A DNA stretch of 64,000 nt, from the NCBI RefSeq assembly GCF_009914755.1, contig NC_060933.1; one strand, given 5' to 3'. The stretch's first letter is position 1. Each line of letters begins with the position of its first letter. The notes under the pieces are model-generated. The model did not search any database, was not told the origin of the DNA, and saw nothing but the letters and a program-made list of their open reading frames with translations. Shown one piece after another: positions 60,271 to 64,000 of the stretch. The DNA comes from the human T2T-CHM13v2.0 reference genome, Homo sapiens. A program made the position numbers and the translations under genes.

Positions 60271-61829
60271 ATAATTAAATTATTTTAATTTTCTCAGCCT
60301 CAATTTCTCTATGATATGGGAATAATTTTATTAAAACCTTCTGAACCTATTGCACTAGCATGTTTTGGAAATAACAGTAACAGCATATGGAAACTCGCTT
60401 TATAAGCTGTAAGATGCATTAACTAGAGGTACAATTTATTATAATTATCATGATAAATCCTCATTAACATGGAATGGAGTGTACAGAATACCAAAAAATA
60501 ACGGTTCCTTATCTCAAGGAGTAACAATATTGGCTCTCAGTTTATAATCATTTATTCTAACCACAAAAAAGTAAACAGAAGGGTCTGGAATGGGAAAGGG
60601 AAAATGGAAATCAAAAATGGATTTAAAAGCAATAATGTAATATTTGTTTTTCCTTATCTGCCCCTTCTGTACAGCTCAGATCAAAAGAGTATTTTCAGGT
60701 ATATTTGCAGAAGACAAAACTTCGTCCTCTGCAAGCTTCAAGCATGGAAACTTGGCACTTAACAACTCTCTCTTTTACATTCCCTAAATGTTGCTCATAC
60801 TACCCTCCTCTGCTTGTTCTCTGCCCTACATATTTTGAATGCCTTTATCTCTAAGTAGATATAAACACCATTAAAGAAATAGTCCAGGGATTCTTCATAC
60901 TTGTGCCTTAAGAATAACTGTCAGAGTACTTTGTAAACAGAAGGCACCTAACACGTGTTTACAAAATAAACTCCAAAGATTGCAAATACAATTTTAAAGA
61001 TACTAAAGGATCAATGATTACTTATTACTAATCTACTTTTTACTTAATTGAAAATTAGGAATTCAATGATCAGTTTAAATGGATTTTTCTTTTTTAATTT
61101 TATTTTAGAGGTTCCAAGATTTTCCCCAAGTCTTTACTAGTGTAAGCTGCCAAATATTCCAATTCTCCTAACTCCTGCTCCACCAGGCACATTTTGAAAT
61201 TGCATTTTCTCAGCCCCTTGTGATGAACAGTTGTAGCAAATTCTGATTATAAATGATGTGTATCTCTTTGGGTGTAACATTGAAGTCACAGATATAAATC
61301 CTCTCAAATTTTTTGTTCCCTCTGGCAATGATTTGCAAGATTCTAGGTAGTAGCTGCTCCATTGACTAGCTCCCATAGTGACTATGAGCAGAAACACCTT
61401 CTCTCTCTTCTGACCTGAAATGAACATGAAGCATCAACAAAAAAATAAGCCATTGTTACTTTTCAAGCCCTTGAGGTTTTTTTTCTGTTGTTGTTGTTTG
61501 TTTGTTTTCTGTTTTTTTTCCACAGCATAATTCCCTGATATAGTCTTAAGTATAGATAGACTATACACTTAGTGACCAAAACTGATTGATGGGTTTGGCA
61601 AAGCCTGAGAGCAGAAGAGTCACAGCCCTGGTACAATTTCTCTCCTTTCCAGTTATTTGTCAGTGGAATCTAAATTGGTTTAGTAAATCAGTACTAATCT
61701 TGAAATTCCACTTTGTTACCATAGAGACCACAAGTCAGTACTTCTAATGACTGAGTCATATGTACTTTTATGCTTTCCAAACTCTATGTTATTTCTGTTA
61801 GAATAGCCTATTGTATCTCAAATTATGTC

Positions 61830-62250
61830 TGGAGTTGTCTTAGGTGAGTTCCCCAGAAAAGATTCTGAGACAAAGATTTGTATTCAGAAAGTTTATCTGG
61901 GAGTGCTGTCCAGAACACACATGACCGAGTGAAGAAAACGTACTTGTCCAGGGGAGATGCTGAACTGCCATGCCATCAGAATAAAAACCTCAGCTGATGG
62001 CATGGGGAGCTGTTTAGATGGCCCTTTATAGCTGTCCTGGTTGAAACAAAAGGTATGGACTCCTGTGTCTCTGCATCAACCAGTCATTGGATATAGGTGA
62101 CCACAGGGGAGGAGATGAAACTTTCAGCTAGGCAAAGCCTAGGAAGGAACTCAATGATGAGCTGTCACCAGCCAAGACTCTTGCCAAATGAAGGAATTTA
62201 TGCCTCTGTCCTGAAGGGGGATTCTGTATGATGCAACACAGCAACCACTG
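61830..62250. mobile_element. ERVL LTR16-like relic
   Basis: ttccccagaaaagattctgagacaaagatttg...gtttatctgggag. Confidence 0.5.
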
Positions 62251-62945
62251 TAAAAGCAATATAAGTTTCTAATGAAATCTTTGGCAACCTGCCACCAAGT
62301 TATCTCCTGTTGAAACCATTACTACAGTTTCTGTCCACCATGATCTGTCCACTTGGATTGCTGTTTCCCTGTCTCCAACCATCAAATACATATTTGACCT
62401 GAAGAATTCAGCTTAAACATCATCTAGTAAAATCCTCCAAAAAAATCTCTCCTGATGATGTTACCAACCATGATTTTTTTTTTTTCTTCTCATGGACTTT
62501 CTTGGCATCCTACACCAAAACTGTTTCATAAGTTTGCTTTGTGTAAGAAAAAAGCCCTCTAAGTGGATGACTATGGAGCTGATGCTCAAACCTGAGGTAT
62601 AAAGAAACCAAGATGGAGGTTAATAGAGGTGGGAGAAATAACTTGACAAATTCAGTAGGAGATTCTTTAGGACTCATTTGTTCCTCTAGGGTCCACACAG
62701 ATAACACTAGGGCTGAGTCCCAAAGTGTCCTGTAGTCCAGGGCTATGTTTTGTAAGCCAGATTCTTCTCTTTTCACCATAATCTATGAATTGCTTCCTCA
62801 TTAATATTCCCAAAGCTTTAGTAAAGGATTTTTCTAAAGTTCCTTTCTTGACTTGCCCTTGCTTCAGAACCTTAAAAGGAGAGATCATTTCAATTCCTTC
62901 TTAGGGCTTTTGTGCCCCTTCCCCACCCACGACTCCATCCCCATC

Positions 62946-63572
62946 TGTTACCAGAAAGGGGTCCTGATCCAGACCCCAAGAGAAGGTTCTTGGACCTTGC
63001 ACAAGACAGAATTCAGGGCGAGTCCATAGAGTAAAGTGAAAACAAGTTTATTAAAAAAGTAAAGGAATAAAAGAGTGGCTATTCCACAGGCAGAGCAGTG
63101 GCATGGGCTGCTCAACTGATTATACTTATAGTTATTTCTTGATTATTTGCTAAATAAAGGGTGGATTATTCATGAGTTTCCTGGGAAAGTGGTGGGCAAT
63201 TCCCAGAACTGAGGGTTCCTCCCCTTTTAAGACCATATAGGGTAACTTGCTGATATTGCCATGGCATTTGTAAACCATAATGGTGCTGGTGAACGTGTCT
63301 TTTAGCATGCTAATGCATTATAATTAGTGTAATGAGGAGTGAGGACTACCAGAAGTCACTTTCATCACATCTTGATTTTGGTGAGTTTTGGCCAGCTTCT
63401 GTACCACATCCTTTTATCAGCAAGGTCTTTATGACCCATCTTGTGCCAAACTCCTATTTCATCCCGTAACTAAGAATGCCTAACCTCCTGGGAATGCAGT
63501 CCATAGGTGTCAGCCTCACTTTACCGAGCCACTATTCAGGACGAAGTTGCTCTGGTTCAAACATCTCTGACA
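62946..63572 (-). mobile_element. MER41-family ERV1 LTR (3' LTR of a minus-strand provirus)
   Basis: tgttaccagaaaggggtcctgatccagaccccaagaga...ctctgaca termini; polypurine tract on minus strand immediately adjacent (63573-63591). Confidence 0.85.
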
Positions 63573-64000
63573 TATTTTCCCCCTCCCTTTTACAGGGGAA
63601 CCCTTAATCTTAAGGGTTGTAAACGGACAAATATCCATCTTCTGTAACATCTTCAGGCTGAAGAGGGGTGATGATATTCCTGCCTATTAGGGTCTCTTGT
63701 ATTCAGGGTAGAGAGGAGCTCAGTCAGAAAGTGTAGGTATGGCGAGGGCCACTCATAACTCTGAGTTCCAACAAAATGTGGCATCTGAAAGATGAATAAG
63801 TATTTAATTCAATAAAACATTCAGTAAGCTTATCCTGAATTCCTATACGAAGAGTGCAATAGTAATAAATTCCACAACAGTAAAGCAAAATAAGGAAAAT
63901 TATCCCCAGTAAACTAAATAAGAAGGCTTTCCATGAACTACACCACTGTTGGAAGCAAGCTGATACGGGATTGCTAACTGATCCCAATATGTACCCAGAT
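63573..64000 (-). mobile_element. ERV internal sequence (MER41-int-like) with probable env transmembrane remnant, running off the window
   Basis: PPT next to LTR; minus ORF 63724..63987 has hydrophobic stretch AFLFSLLGIIFLILLYCC at the position expected for env TM. Confidence 0.65.

Overview
AT-rich, CpG-poor primate (human-like, hominoid) non-coding DNA made up mostly of interspersed repeats. No intact protein-coding gene, RNA gene or CRISPR array is supportable. The long ORFs are LINE-1 ORF2 fragments, repeat-derived frames, or one probable ERV env remnant. Main contents: seven L1PA-type insertions, five with 5' inversions typical of twin priming. One of these appears to carry a 3' transduction and one sits in the A-rich linker of an Alu. 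Also present are older L1M/L1MA, L2 and MIR relics, nine Alu/FLAM elements, DNA transposon MITEs (MER20-like, MER5A, Tigger3a, MER81), MaLR/ERVL LTRs and a MER41-family 3' LTR with internal sequence at the right edge. There is also a ~1.6 kb 18/19-bp minisatellite with higher-order structure and long (TA)n and (GAA)n tracts. Three candidate minus-strand exons suggest a spliced host transcript, probably non-coding, that I cannot name. Repeat subfamily calls are from recalled consensus features, not a database search. I see no convincing novel biological system; the most interesting signals concern retrotransposition mechanism and the minisatellite.
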